From Gnetum montanum (taxonomy: Eukaryota > Plantae > Gnetophyta): DNA of 64,000 nt. The notes below the pieces were generated by a model. That model was not told the DNA's origin, ran no database searches, and saw only the letters and a list, made by a program, of their open reading frames with translations. Below, piece after piece: positions 1-14,069 of the stretch. The DNA is taken from the NCBI GenBank assembly GCA_015680685.1, contig MNCI01000326.1, positions 192,414 to 256,413 of the forward strand. The letters are read 5' to 3'. The position numbers and the translations under genes are program-made. Position 1 is the first letter of the stretch; every line of letters begins with the position of its first letter.

Positions 1-713
1 AATTTTCTTGCAAAGAAAAATAACTTGAAATAAAATCATTATATTAAGTGAATGATAAATAGATAACCTAAAAAGAAAAGAAAAAGGAACTTAGGAAGAT
101 TGTTCATAGTTGCACATAGCTGTGGCAATAGTACATAGTAGCACTGATAGACAATAACACCATTTAGTAGTAACTACTACCAACAATAGCAAGAAGTATC
201 CAAGTAGCATTTGATTGCATGTACAGCACTAGGTAGTGAGTTGCATATAGCAACAATAACACTAGTATGCAAAGGGAGAAGGGGTAGAGGATGGGGAGAT
301 GGTAGGATGAAATAGAAGAAGGGAAGGGAGAAGGGAAGAGGAAGCAAAATGTAGAAAGCAAAAGAGAGAATCCAAGAGAGTTTGCTGAATCTTCCCTTGA
401 TGCCTCTTCATCTGTGTGTGTGCCTCTTCATCTATGTGTGTGAGCTTATATAGCTCTTTTGTTCTTCTCCTCGTATTTTTTTGAAAGTGCAGCATGGATG
501 CTATGTGTCTTCCGAAGTAAAGCATGGGTGCTATGTGGTTTTACATATGGGAGTTGGGGATGTGCTTTATCTTCAACAGATTCTTTGGATCTTCCAACTA
601 ATACTGCAAATATGTCATGTGATCTCAATATCCTAATACTGCAAATATGTCATGTGATGTCAATATCCTTAATTCTCTGAATGATTGTCACCTATTTTGT
701 TAGAGGTATAACA
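1..713 (-). mobile_element. Probable LTR (partial, runs off window start)
   Basis: Minus strand starts TGTTATACC at 713 and has TATATAAG at ~445-452. Short internal tandem duplications at ~400-442 (20 bp) and ~595-670 (~35 bp). No partner LTR in the window. Confidence 0.4.
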
Positions 714-759
714 CAATTTTCAGAAAGTTCAAGTACCACAAACGGATCAATCTGCTGTC

Positions 760-995
760 TAAGCGGGCCCAAAGTAATGCAGTTTAAAGTGATTGTCTGG
801 CCATAGATTTTTTCTTTGATCTGTACCTTTTTCACAACATTTGCCTCGTAATCTTGGCAAAGATTGCTTTACTATCATACTACTACTGATGGCCGCTTCC
901 GCTACTCTTGCCTTATCCTACTTTTTGCAATGCTTGCATCATCTATATCCATCGTCCATCATTTTCTTTTCCGATCTCATTCTGAAAGGGAACCT
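760..995 (-). pseudogene. WRKY transcription-factor-like pseudo-exon (WRKYGKK-type)
   Basis: After the acceptor-like ttttgtgcag (AG at 996-997) the minus strand reads RFPFRMRSEKKMMDDGYR*CKHCKK*, matching RFAFxTRSExxxLDDGYRWRKYG(Q/K)K. A frameshifted C-VKKVQ-like stretch lies near 815-840. Confidence 0.65.
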
Positions 996-1656
996 CTGCA
1001 CAAAATTGTTTTTAAAAGATAAAACCACCAAACAATATGGTACACAAATTAGGCCACAGAGATTAAGCAAAACTAAAGGCAGCTGGAAGAAAAGATGGAT
1101 TATCAGATTCCATCTCGTAGTGCTGCTGTGCATCCACGACGTTACACTCCAAAATATCTCTCAGTTCATCCATGGCTAGCGCCGAAGCTACAATTACAGA
1201 GATAATAATGCAAAAAAATTATCAAAAGTTAAAAAGCAAACAACCCTTTTAGGTTTTTTAAGGCATTGACACATTGTTGAAGGCAGGTAGCGAGATTAAC
1301 ATATTTATAAGTGAAACGACTGGACTTGAGTAGCAGGCTTGAGAAATGAGAGATGGATCTGGATGAGATTGGAGGTTGCAGCAGCACCTACGTCCTTGCT
1401 ACGCTGAAGAAGTTGTGAAAATAGAAGTGGAAGGGTCACCATTAATAGCGAGCACAGTTACACTAGTGATAATGGCTTAGGGTTTCAGTTTAGAACAGAG
1501 GTGGCATAAGAAACTTCAACCTAGGCATTCTATCTTATATCTTAAATCAAAACCAGGACGACAGTTATTGATCATCCTAAGGAGAGAGAGGCCAGGTTTC
1601 CATTTCTTTACTTAGAGCTGTGGAAGGCAATTTCCAGAATCCCAACAGTGAAAAAC

Positions 1657-1673
1657 ATATATATATATATATA
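1657..1673. repeat. (AT)n microsatellite
   Basis: About 8 AT units. Confidence 0.85.
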
Positions 1674-2813
1674 TTAGCAGACATGTGAGGGGGTTGAACC
1701 TTGAAGCCTCAAGCCAGAGATCGGGGAGATAAAAATACTGTTAAGGCTACTGATAAGATTTTTTTTCGCATGCACAGGTTAAGAATAAAAAGCAGTGAAC
1801 CACGACTGTACTCGGAAATAGACATTTAGAATCCTCACTGACTGACTCTGCCACTGCAGCTACTGTGGGATAGAATCTTGTTTTACTTTGCTCTGAATTC
1901 TACGTAACCATACAGAAACCTCCACTATTGGGCAGAACCTATCGATTTGGTAATACTGGACTACACTCTTATCCCAGATCCAGCCACAACAGTTTTTACC
2001 GCCAAAATTTACATACCCACGAAAATTTTTCACCACAAAGCAGCGATAGAAGAATATATGGGTGTTTTTATGTAGGGTTTGGAGATTATCAACAATTATG
2101 TAATTGGTACCTGACTGAGCATCGTTCCTTTGCATAACTGCCAAAATTTGAAGCGTTTTCTACTGTTTCTGCATCTGTATGAATGATCCTTCTCATCCAT
2201 AAACTTCCCATGTTTTGCTTCTGGAGATTCATGATTACTTTGGTATGGTCTTAATTATGTTAAACCTATCTACCTAGCTCGCTAGCTAGCATTTTGAAGA
2301 TTTGGAACGATTCATGGAGACACTGTATGTTTCTTAATTACATGGATGGAGCCCAGGAAAATGGGTTTGCTAAGTGAAAGCATGATCCAACCATGGCCAC
2401 AAATTTGTTGCTGAATTCATGGCTGTTAGACATCTATTTGCCAATCCAGACCGTATGCTGATAATTTGCTAAGAAATTGTACTAACCCAATGTCTAAATT
2501 CAGGGATCACTGAAGAAAAAGTCTGTGCTCATGAGCAGATTGGTGGTTTCATGCCTTGATTTTAGACTTAGTGTCATCGTAGGCAATCACACTATTGCAT
2601 TAAGGATAAGGTCCATTGGATAAGGCCCCATTCATGGGTGATGTTGGCCTTAACACTGACCTCAAAGTCTTTGTTTGAATCCCTTATTCTCTCTAAGGTT
2701 ATTGCTGGTTCATGCCTGTGTTCTTCTTTTATGTGAGAATACTGATATTTTGCTCTAATTAAGCATTCTGGTCTTCCAATATCACTAGTTCATTCATCAA
2801 CATGTGTAGTTAT

Positions 2814-3830
2814 CTATTCCTCTTGCTTTTTCTCTTTTGGTATCCAAACTTTCTTACCATGCAAGTCATATTTTATAGGCTTCTTTTGATAATACCCTCT
2901 AGTCAATTTATAACTCTTTGACTGTAAATAACAATGAGATTGCTTATGCCCAACATTACCATAGTAAAAACACATAGTATTTCTCATTTGGACTGCATGT
3001 GCAAACCTAGTTGTATACCTCCCATTTGATGAAGAGCTTGTATATGTCTCATAGTGGGAATGATTTCTCTGTTCTCTTTCATTATTTGAATCTCCTCCTT
3101 GTCCCAACATGATTTGAAGTGTCTCCTTCTCTTTTGTTAACCTATCATTGATGAACTTCAAATTTGCAAGATCCTTGTTAATTTGCTCATGGGAAAGGAT
3201 TAGTTTTTGTGCTTCAGCACTAAGGTTTGAGTTGACCTTTTCAAGATTTGAGTACTTCATATTAAGTTAAGCTATCTCTAGTTCTTTATTATGCAAAGAC
3301 TTTTTCATTTTGATTCATAAGTTATGAAAGGGGATTATTTCATTGCATAGCATATCATACCTTTCTTCAATGGTACTTTCACATTCTTCAGCTTCTTCTA
3401 CAATATTGGAAATTAAAGCTTCGTGTGCAAGAGCCATGCATATAAGATGTGAGTTTGTTAATGAATCATTAGTTTCTTCTTCACTAAACTCATCATCCCA
3501 ATTGGTATAGATGTTCTTTGCTCTCCTTTCTTCACTACACTCTTTCTCTTGTAACTTGAAAGTACTAGGGCATTCGAAGGCCATATGGCCTCTTCTATCA
3601 CATATCCAACATTCCATGGAAGAGATATCAAAATTGAAATTTTTTTATTGCTTACCTCTTTTCTTACCTTTGTTCTCCAATATGTCATTAATGACTTGAG
3701 TGCATCCATCTAGGATGAATACCCATACTACTAACCTCATGTACTTAGAGAAACTTTGCATTTGAGCATTCTAGCATGTAAAGTTGATCCCATTAAACAT
3801 TGGTAGCTTGGTGTGTGATGTTCCTTCCAT
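2814..3830 (-). pseudogene. gag: Ty1/copia (SIRE/Maximus-like) gag remnant
   Basis: N-terminus MEGTSHTKLPMFNGINF..*NAQMQSF, two zinc knuckles (CWICDRRGHMAFEC; CFYYGNVGHKQSHC), a coiled-coil segment and the KVWIPK motif. Confidence 0.8.
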
Positions 3831-3872
3831 CATTCACTCCTAAGTTATTACACTTAATATGGGAGTACCAAA

Positions 3873-3884
3873 TATTTGATACTA
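3873..3884 (-). promoter_or_regulatory. Degenerate primer binding site (tRNA-iMet type)
   Basis: TAGTATCAAATA vs canonical TGGTATCAGAGC, lying between the LTR end and gag. Confidence 0.55.
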
Positions 3885-3885
3885 C

Positions 3886-5031
3886 TTAAGAACAAAGAAC
3901 TTAGAAGGGTGCTTGAATAAGTTCCCCAATTCAAACAACCAAGACAACCAAAACTACACTCAAATTTACATGGTTTTCCAACTTGGCTACTCCCACACTC
4001 GAAAGGTAGAATCCTTGCACACCTTTAGACTTTGTTTCTTCAAAAATAAAAAAGTAATTTAAAGGACGCCCAAACCTTTACAAAGTTTGATATTAAAGAT
4101 GGGTTATTTTTACTCAGAAACACACCAAATCCTACAATGTCCTAACTAGTTCAAAATGTGATTTTAAGGATCCAACAACCTTTACAATGACATGAGCTCC
4201 AGATGGAGCATTTTATCTTAAGAAATATAGTCAACCCTACAAGGTTTCAATAAGCTCTCTAGACTTCTTCTAGAAAGAAGCACATCAACCGCATAGCTTT
4301 TACAAAGGGAGAGAAAGAATCAAGGAGAGAATGTAACTATGCTTTACAAATTCTTTGCTTTGAACCTCTCACAATACAAAATGAAATTCATAAAAGATAG
4401 AGAATTGAAGGACAAATGACATCACAAAATATATTCAATGAAGGGATAATTGTATGAATAATTCTTGTCCTTTTCACAAGGATTCCATTCTATTTTATAG
4501 CCTATTTCCTTCCCAAGTAGTCCTCAAAATTTGTGTAATAGCTGGGAAATGACTAGTTAGGACATTCCATTTGAGCTTGGGACATTTCATTGAAAATTTA
4601 CCACTTGTAGTTGGGATGTTCCATTGGGAATTGGAATGTCTAACTTTAGATACCCTAGCTTGGATGTCTCAAAAGTAATTGGGATGTCCTTGTTTTTGTG
4701 GGAAGTCTAGCCTTAGACTAAGCTTTCATCACTAGGATGTTTGCTGATCTTTTGGGACTTCTTTGCAAATATTGGAACACCTTCTTTTGGCTTCTAGGCT
4801 TTGTGCATCTTTGTGCTTTCCTTAAATAATCAACTGATACTTTGTCATCTCACATTAACAATGTAGCTCTCATCTTGATCTGACAACTTGGTCATCCCGA
4901 TCTCTTGTCTTGACTTCATCTAAGCTCTTATCCTGATCTTAAAATCTTGTCATCTTGTTCTTAATCTTCACAAGTCCTCTAAGATTACAACAAGCACAAT
5001 TTCATATTCTATATTTTCCAAGGTTTTAACA
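3886..5031 (-). mobile_element. 5' LTR of the copia/SIRE-like element
   Basis: Starts TGTTAAAACC at 5031 and has TATAAAATA near 4495. About 9 dispersed TTGG(G/A)AYRTYY-like motifs at 4555-4785; TATTCA..CCCTTCTAAG-like end motif near 3900-3920. Confidence 0.65.
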
Positions 5032-5433
5032 TATCGAAAGGTCAAGAGGAGGTATATTTTTACTATTTGAACAAATCTCAATGTATCTTATTAAAAGTGA
5101 GTTATTTTTCAAAGCTATTAAATAAAGATATATATTCTATTTAAAGTTAACTATAAATTTATTTTCATCAATAATTCATCATTTTCATCTTAACCTTGTC
5201 TTAATAAAATGGGATTAGCTACATGGTTCTATTTTGCTATTCACCTCTATGAAGAGCTATATCCTTGTTTATTTTTAGTTTCTTTTATATCATCTTTAGT
5301 CTTTATTTTAGTGCATTTTCTAAAATCATTTTATTAATAACTGAGTTAAGGAATTCAGATTGAAAATGATATACAATGAATCATGCATGAATTATAAGAT
5401 AGATAGGAAAATGATGAAGTGAGATATGGATAG

Positions 5434-6449
5434 TGATGCATCATGAGTTGGCTAAGATATCATAGATGCTAAATTGCATATGCATTGTAGCATCCCCATC
5501 GATGAATCTCAGTTGGTTTCTACGTTGTAGATTCTGTGCTGCATATACAATATTGTAAATGCAATGTTGCATCTATTTGATAAAGTCAACTTTTGTCCAC
5601 CAATAATATTGTATCTATGATGTCATAGTATATGCTACATCATCATAGATACAATATCATAGAATGTATGCAACCTATAAATACAACACTTGGGCACATA
5701 GATCAACATAAGTTTTATTCCATCCCTAGGTAGATTCTTGTAGGTTTGTTTTGTAGTCGTAGCAATAGAGAGAAAATTCTTGCAGTGTAGTGTTGAGTAG
5801 TTACACAAAATATTTATTCAAGTGAAGTGTACTTAGGCATAATTCATGTTAGAAAATAAAGATGGAGATTGCTTTTCATCATTTTAGCATCCACTTAGTT
5901 TTATTATTCTATTGAGCATAGTTTTTATTATTTTCTTTGTTTAATCATTTACATTTCTAGGTACTTTACTTTATTGTTTATTAGTAAAGAAGAATTAGTA
6001 TGAATGCTTTTGAGTGTTTAAGTGTAATTGTTTTGTAATCCTAGTAGTGTTATAGCTTGGTTTACCCAATAGCAGAATGCTTGGTAACCTAGTAATAGTT
6101 ACATGAGCCCAAGGCATGTATAGTAAGCCAAGACTAGATGCTCATCGCTTTACGCTAGAGTAGATTTATGTTACCATCATTACTTATATTTAGATTTCTA
6201 TTCTCAACTTTTTTCATGTTCACAACTAGAAGTATTAAAGGCCAAATAATATCAATTATCATATGCCTCACTTTGGACGAAACCATACGTGAAAAAGATA
6301 CCACTAGTCCAAGTAGGAAAATAGCATCCTACAATCAATGCTTAACAATTTAGATGCCACAACTAGTCTAATCCATGAAATTTGATCGGATCATTCATGA
6401 ACACTTATGATTCATATGGTTGGGCATAGAGAGTACCCACCACTCATCA
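5434..6449 (+). repeat. Element A 5' LTR
   Basis: Colinear with 12004-13053; TATAAATA at ~5676. Confidence 0.85.
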
Positions 6450-6450
6450 T

Positions 6451-6468
6451 TGGCATCATTGTTGAGAA
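6451..6468 (+). promoter_or_regulatory. PBS of element A (tRNA-Asp type, decayed)
   Basis: TGGCATCATTGTTGAGAA vs TGGCGCCGTTGCCGGGGA; all differences are C->T or G->A. Confidence 0.75.
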
Positions 6469-7149
6469 TGGTGCTAGTTATCTAGATTAGTTATATTATA
6501 CATAATTGCTGTGAAGGTATTAATGATTTATCTCTTAGAAACTATTAATATTTTAAGTCATACATGTTATCATGCAAAACCATGTCTTCTTCACATAGGG
6601 TTAATAATGCACCATATGAAGAAAACACTAGTAGGAGAAATGATAAGATGTATACTAAGGAAAACTAGAGTAAACAAACATAAGTAGCAGTTCCCTATGC
6701 TTATTTAGACCCTTACTACACTCAAAGAGCACATTTGACTAATGCAAACAATCCTAGAGGAGATGAAGTAAGTCCTAGAACAAGTAGGACCTTAAGGCCT
6801 AGGACCTCCTCCAACCCTAGAAGAGATAAATCAAGGGACCATATGGGGAGATATAGTAGCCATGGTGATTCTTCCAGTTCCCCGTATTCCTCTTCTACTT
6901 CCATGACTAATTCTGACAAAGATGAATGTACGTATAGAAATAGGAATTAATATGAAGATAGAAGTAGAAATAGATGAAATCATTAGTGTGATCATGAACA
7001 AAATCATCATAGTTAGACAACTAGAAATAGAAATTATCATCATGACATATCTGATGATGATGGATCCTTGTTTGCTATTAGGAGCATGATGTAGATAATG
7101 AAAATAGTTAGGATACCTAATGATCATCAAAAGGAAAGTAACTTCAGAA

Positions 7150-8100
7150 GGCTTGATATGAATAACATCCCTAAATTCATATGTGTTTATAAATCTGATC
7201 TGCAACATTACTTAAAATCCTTCCATGATGCCTACACCTTGTAGAACATTGTGAGTGAGTGGCAAAAGCTTAAGATCTTTCCTAGAACACTAGTTGATGA
7301 AGCTAAAAGTTGGCATAGATAATTGAAACCAGATTCAATCCATCAGTGGTTCATAATGCTACAATTCTTCAACAAGAAGTACCAAAACTATGCTAGAGTG
7401 TCCAACCTAAGAAAAAAAATCCAAGGATGGAGGCAAGAAAAACATGAATACTTAGATGTGGCCTTGGATAGATTCTATTCACTACTACATAGATATCTAG
7501 GTCATTGTTTCTCTTAAAAAGAACAACTTTTCCATATCGTAGATGGGCTTCACCACCAAGCGAGAGAGACACTTGGGGTTTGTGCCAAGGTTAGTATTTA
7601 AATTGAAAGCCCATTAGATATGAAGGCCAGTTGAGTAGGTGACAAAAGAAGGAGAGTTATGTAAATGAGAGTGTGTAGAGAAATATAACTAGGATCCAAC
7701 TCTTCAAAATAAAGGGATCCATATCTATGATGAGGAAAAAGAGGTAGCTCTTAATGAGGTGATTTTACAACAAGTCTTTCCAATTTAAATTTTTTTTGCT
7801 AAAATTGAAGAAAGAATAGATAAGATGGAAGAGTTGATAAATGAAAAATTTATGACCTACATGAAAACCATAGAGGAGAGTATAATGCAAAAAGAATTGA
7901 GTGATCAAAATAAGAAGAGAAAAAATAACAAAGAAATAGGTAGGAACACTTATAAAAAAAAGGTAGGGAAAATAACTATATTTGAAGATGTTGTAGACTC
8001 AACTATAGAAGAGGATGATGGATTTGACATCTACTAATATGATCATCCAAAGGGCTATTACCCAGTTATGTTACATCTACAAGTGTTTGAGCTTTGAATC
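7150..8100 (+). pseudogene. gag: Retrotransposon gag remnant of element A
   Basis: WQKLKIFPRTLVDEAKSW...LRKKIQGWRQEKHEYLDVALDRFYSLLHRYLGHCFS, an Athila Retrotrans_gag-like pattern; homologous to the element B gag. Confidence 0.75.
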
Positions 8101-11100
8101 CCCAGTGCGTACAAAAGCAAATAACTAGGAAATTACCTTACTCACAAGGTAATTATAGATAGTTCTAGAACCAACCATACTATTCTAGTGGACTTCTTAT
8201 CAACCTCAAAGCTACTATAACTTAGAGTGGCCAAATCAACAGTCATGGGGGATGCTATCAACAAACCCGTAATACCCTTATTACTAGCTAGATGTGTATG
8301 ACTATTATGTTCAACAACTTGTTTCTCCAAATGGTTCTACTTCCTTTACCTTGAATCACTAATATTACTTTGTCGAATATCTTCAACTCAAAGAATCTCA
8401 TGTGGGATCACCATCTCAAACCTCTTGTCCTACATGACATCCTTAATGTTTTCATACTTCCCTCTATCATATGTCACCATCAAGAACATAGGAAGGATTT
8501 TGAATTAACAACATCAACAATAGAATGCCACTTGTGTTGTAAACATACATGTAAATGATAATGCTAGTTGATCTCAACCACAATCTTGAAAACATTCTTT
8601 CTTTAGGATAGTTTCTGAAATGAGCACAAAACTCGTAGACCTATTAACTCATCAAAACTAGCACAAGGCCAACTTGATGCAACGTCGTTCCTCACCAAAA
8701 CAAGGTCTCCTAATCCTATACAAGAGCCAAAATCCATTTCCACTCCAATGAAAAACATAATAGATAAACCTATCACTCTAGGGAAATAGGCAATTCCATA
8801 CATTACTATTGAAAAAGAAGGGTGTAGTTGTGGACCGACCTTCTAGAATGTTAACACAGTCATTACACTTGTCCATAGCAAATGTGAAAAATAAGTCTAT
8901 ACACAAGTAAGAGTAGGGGCCACTAAATCAAAAGACACCAAGTGGCCAACAACTAAGCTTTCAATTTTTTGAAACATGCATGGAACAATACGAATTGCTT
9001 ATTAATTCCCATTCTAAGAAAATTACTCCAACTAAGAACATACAAATGAAAAAACTAAATCACAATCATACACCAATAGAAAGAGGAAATATGAACCTAG
9101 ATGATAAAAATTTAATTACCATCACAATTATATGGTATGATAATAGAAAAACTAAATGACTAAGGATCATAAGTATAAGACCTCAAGTGTATGATCTAAG
9201 GGAACTAGGGTGCATTTTCCAAAAACTTGCTCATGAGTATAGTCATGTGGAGGATGCCTTATCTTGATTCATGAAATAATAAGTGTTTCACAATTTTTTC
9301 TTTTATAATTCTTTTTAATTTCTAATTTCTTTATATATCTTTTTACATTTCTCAATACATTTTTACATTCTTTTATAGTTTTGAATTTCTTAATAATTTC
9401 TTAATTATTTAACATTTTTCTATTCTTTGACAATATTTCATTCTTTTCATCTTTTCTCATTCTTAGTATCATTTTCATCCTTTTCATACTCTATTTTCAT
9501 TTTCTTTGTACATGTTTTTGATTGTTAATAAAACACACCAAAAATAAGGCAAGATGTAGTCCAATAAGGTGAAGATTTCTCTATGTTATCAAGTCATAAG
9601 GGATTGATTATTTGTATAGTGAGACCACAACATTCATCCACCCATTCCATTTATAAAATTTTTTTTACCATGGCCATAATTATATTCTTTTCATAAAAAA
9701 ACTAAGAATAAACTTGTGATCATTATGCTTAGATCAAAAAGTGAAGAACCAAGTGGCAATGTAAAGGGTGTGACATCAAGGGGATTTGTGGATTCTCTTG
9801 GATTACTATTGTGGGTCCTATCTTATTGCTAAGAGAGTATTATATCATTGTAGATCTAATGAAAAATGGGAGTCAGAGTACAATAAGTGCTACCTTACCA
9901 TGTAACTAAAAGGACATGCTACCCATGCTTGAAGGTAGTCCTTTGGTAAGGTTGACAAAGTTAAAAATAATGATAATAAAATAAATGAACAAGAATAAAT
10001 TTATAGGGGTTCTATTGGAACGATGTGTTACCCATGGCTAAAAGTAGGTGGTTTCTTAGGAATCTAAAAATTAAAAAGAAAAAAAGGTACAATGAATAAA
10101 CTCCTTCATTGGGCAATATGCTATGTGATGATATCCCTTACAATAGTGATAGTCTTATAGTTGTAACTTCAAGAGATGAAATAATGTGATCTCATTGGAA
10201 TGTGGTCTAGACTTGGTTTGAATCTTGAATAGAAAGGCAAATGATTATGTTAATCACTAATAAAACACAAGAATTCATTATGGCTATGGTAAGATACCTC
10301 ACGTTCCAAGTTCAACAATCCCTTCTGTAATCCATCTCACCTCACTATATAGTTAATTGTAACTTATTATTTTGTATAATATAGTGTTATTTTACCAATC
10401 TAGTGACACTAACATGCGTGTTTTGCTAGATAGGTATGTGTTACATTTAACTCCTTAAGTGCCCATGAATACTTTAGGCATGATTACACAAGGGCACTAA
10501 GTGCTGGAGCCTACTTTGGGAAGGATTCACTTGTATAACTCTTGTATTTCATACTTGCCAAGAAATTCCACATCATCTTGCATCTTCAAACATCATCCAA
10601 AATCTAATAAATACTTCTCATAATCTCTAGTACTTTGTTCATACATCAGAAATTCATTATCCATTTTTTATGCATATCATAGAATTTCATTGCCTGAGAT
10701 TCCTTCTTCATGATTCTTGAATGCTAACTTGTTGAAAAATATGCATCACTCATGGCCCATGATCCTATAGACAAGCTTTACATCTTCCAGTAATTCTATT
10801 TGAGTTATTTTTTCTTAAAAAAATCAATGAAAATTTTGAATTTCTTAATGGTAACTTTGTAGCTACAATGTATGATCTATGATGTGACAGATATAAAAAT
10901 AGTTTATATATGTATGGGAGTTAGTGAAATTTTTTATTTCTCTCATTTGTAGCAAGAGAGGCTTTTGTAGGTTTTCCACAACCTTCTTGGATAGTAGCTT
11001 CAAAGAACCATAACTTTACCCTCATAGCTATGATTTACAAAATTCTTAAATCTTACTAATCCTAGATCATTCGACTTAGTAATGGAGAGTAGACCGCGCG

Positions 11101-12003
11101 CGGGGGGGGGGAGCGTGGTGATGGGATTGTGGATGTGTGTGTGCATTGCGTGATACATAATATAAGAAAAAATTTAAAAATTTAAGCCAAAAATTCTTAA
11201 CATTGAAAGATACTATAAAGGATAATTACAAAGAAATAATAAGAATCTTAACATTAATTAATCAAACTAAGGCCAAAAAAATTTAGATCATACACTAAAT
11301 AGACCATATGAACTATTTTAGGCCATATTAAGCAAGAAAACAATAAGGTCATAAGTAACTTGATAATATAACACCTAAGGGGTTCCTTTTTAATAATTTT
11401 TTCTAACTTTACAATCATAAGATGATAAGAACTTGATCTAATTAAGAGTATGAGAAGGATTATGAACAATTAAGCATCGATGAAAATATTTTGGTAATCC
11501 TAAACTCGTGATTGATTGGAAATGGTCTTAAAGACCATATTGGAAGGAGGACCTTTATAACTTAAAAGCTATAAAGATGCAACTCCAAGAATCTCCATTA
11601 TGTCCCACACTAACCAGCAATCTATAATGGAACTTAGGAGAAATGTACCAATTCTAGAAAAACATAGAGGCTAATGCAATAGTTAAAATCAAAGGAGTCT
11701 TTGCGCCATAATTAGTAGAGAGGACATATGGAGAAAGAAGATAAGAATAGAATAAGATAAACTTTAAAAATGCTAACAAAAAAAGGAATAAGCCAATGGA
11801 AGGACCAGCATTGCCTGAAATAAGAACTACATCGAGCCACACCAAAATTTATTCTTATTTTTCCATGTAATTATGTTATTTTTTGTAAACATCATTATGG
11901 CACTTAGAGTTAGTCAATAATCTCCTACCTTCTCAATTTTGTAAAAAAATCTTGATCCTATCCTATTAACTTGAGGATTAGTTTTTAGTCAATCATGGGG
12001 GTA

Positions 12004-13053
12004 TGATGAATCATTAGTTCATTGAGATATTTTAGATGATCTATTGTAGATGCTACATCACATCTGCATTGTAGCATCTCTGTTGGTGCATCTTTGTTTG
12101 TTGCTATATTATGGATGCTACATTGCATCTACGTTATCATAGATGCCATGTCACATCTATTTGATAAAGTCAATTATTGTCCACCAACAATATTGTAACT
12201 ATGATATCATATCTATGATGTCATAGATTTGATATCATAGCACATGCTACATAATCATAGATATGATACCACAGGATGTGTGTAGCCTATAAATACAACA
12301 CTTGGATGCATGGATCCACATGAGTTTCATTTCATCTTTAGGTAGATTCTTGTAGTTATGTTTCGTAGTTTTGGTGATAGAAAGTGAATGCCCACAATGT
12401 GGTCTTGAGTAGTTGTACAGAATCTTTATTTGAGTGAAGTGTACTTGGGTATAGTTAACGTTCAAAAATAAAAATTGAGATTACTTTTCATCATTATAGC
12501 ATCCACTTAGTTTTACAATTTTACTTAGCATAGTTTTTACTATTTTCTTAGTTTAATCATTTACATTTCCAAGTACTTTATTTTCTTGTTCATTAGAAAA
12601 GTGGAATGAGTATGACTGGTTTCAAGCATTTAAGTGTAATCATTTGGTAATCCTAGTATAATTATAGCTTGGATTGCCCAATAACATAACACTTGGTAAT
12701 CCAGTAATGGTTACATGAGCCTAAGGTCTTTACGGTATGCCAGGACAAAATGCTTATCACTCTAGGCTAGAATAGATTTACATTATTATCATTACTTAGA
12801 TTTAGATTTCTATTCTCAACTTTCGTCATGTTCACAACTAGGAGTATTAAAGGCCAAAAAACATCAATTATCTTATGCCTCACTTTGTACTAAATCATAC
12901 ATGACAAAGCTACCACTAGTGCAAGTGGGAAGATAGCATCTTGTGATCAATGCTTAATAATCTAGATGCCACAACTACTCCCATTCATGGAATTTGATCA
13001 AATCATGCATGAATGCTTATGATTTGTATAGTTGGGCATAGGGGGTACATGCC
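12004..13053 (+). repeat. Element A 3' LTR (main part)
   Basis: Homologous to 5434-6440; broken by element B, with the last 13 nt at 27754-27766. Confidence 0.85.
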
Positions 13054-14069
13054 TAATGAGTTGTGCATTAGCCATGTCAATGGGATCCCATCAATATGAT
13101 CCTATTAAGGGAATCTCTTCAATGCAATCCCATTGATGGAATCACTTTGATGTGATCTTGTCCATCTAGGGTTGGCTACATGAATGGGTACCTATCGATG
13201 TAGCACCATGTTTAGCCTATAAATGTGCATGTATTTGCTACATTTATGGAATTCATTTATTATTAGCATAGCAGAGATCTTGTTTTTTATTCTTTTGATA
13301 GATAAAACATTTTCAAAGTACCCATAGTAGGAGTAAGGAGTGTACTAGATCTTTATTCGAGCACTAATGCACCTAAGCACCTTGGGGTGAATAACAATAA
13401 AGATGAGCTTTCCTCATAAACCTTGCAACACTTGGACCTAGCTTAATATTTACTTAATATATTTATTATTCATGGAGTTTACTTTAATGCATTTAATTAA
13501 TTAATTAACTTTAGATAATTAATATGCATAAGTATAATCATCTTAAGCGTATGATTAATACTTCATAACCTAGTAGTGTTGTAGCATGTTTAGGATGTGT
13601 ACAATAGATAGGAATGGATGGTTATGTTAGGGTTAGCTAAGAATTAGTTACTAATTAGATTAATTGAACATTTAATTACTTAATTTTTAGCACTTAAGAG
13701 AATTAAACAAAAAACATAGAAGTGATAAAAATCATGTCTCAGCTATACTTAACCATACATTTTCAATCGACAAGTGAAATTGAGAAGAAAATGATCACAT
13801 CCATTAGATTTACTACCTAGAACCATTGTGCTTAGAGAGTTAAAGTCTATAAAATTTAATTAGATTGCATAGTGAATAGTAGTGATTTGTATGATTAGAC
13901 ACAGGGACTTCCTGCTGCTCATCATTGGTGATATTTTCAAGGACTTTAGTTAGTTATGTGTGGTACCTAGTAGTTAGTGAAATTATATAATGTTTTTGTA
14001 ACAAATCCTAAAGTCAACATCATTAAGAATAATAATAATAATGGAAGCACACTATTCTTCTTTTGATCT

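Noticed and set aside
1860-2144. Overlapping short ORFs on both strands
   Set aside because: No recognisable domain; cannot be tied to the WRKY relic without homology data.
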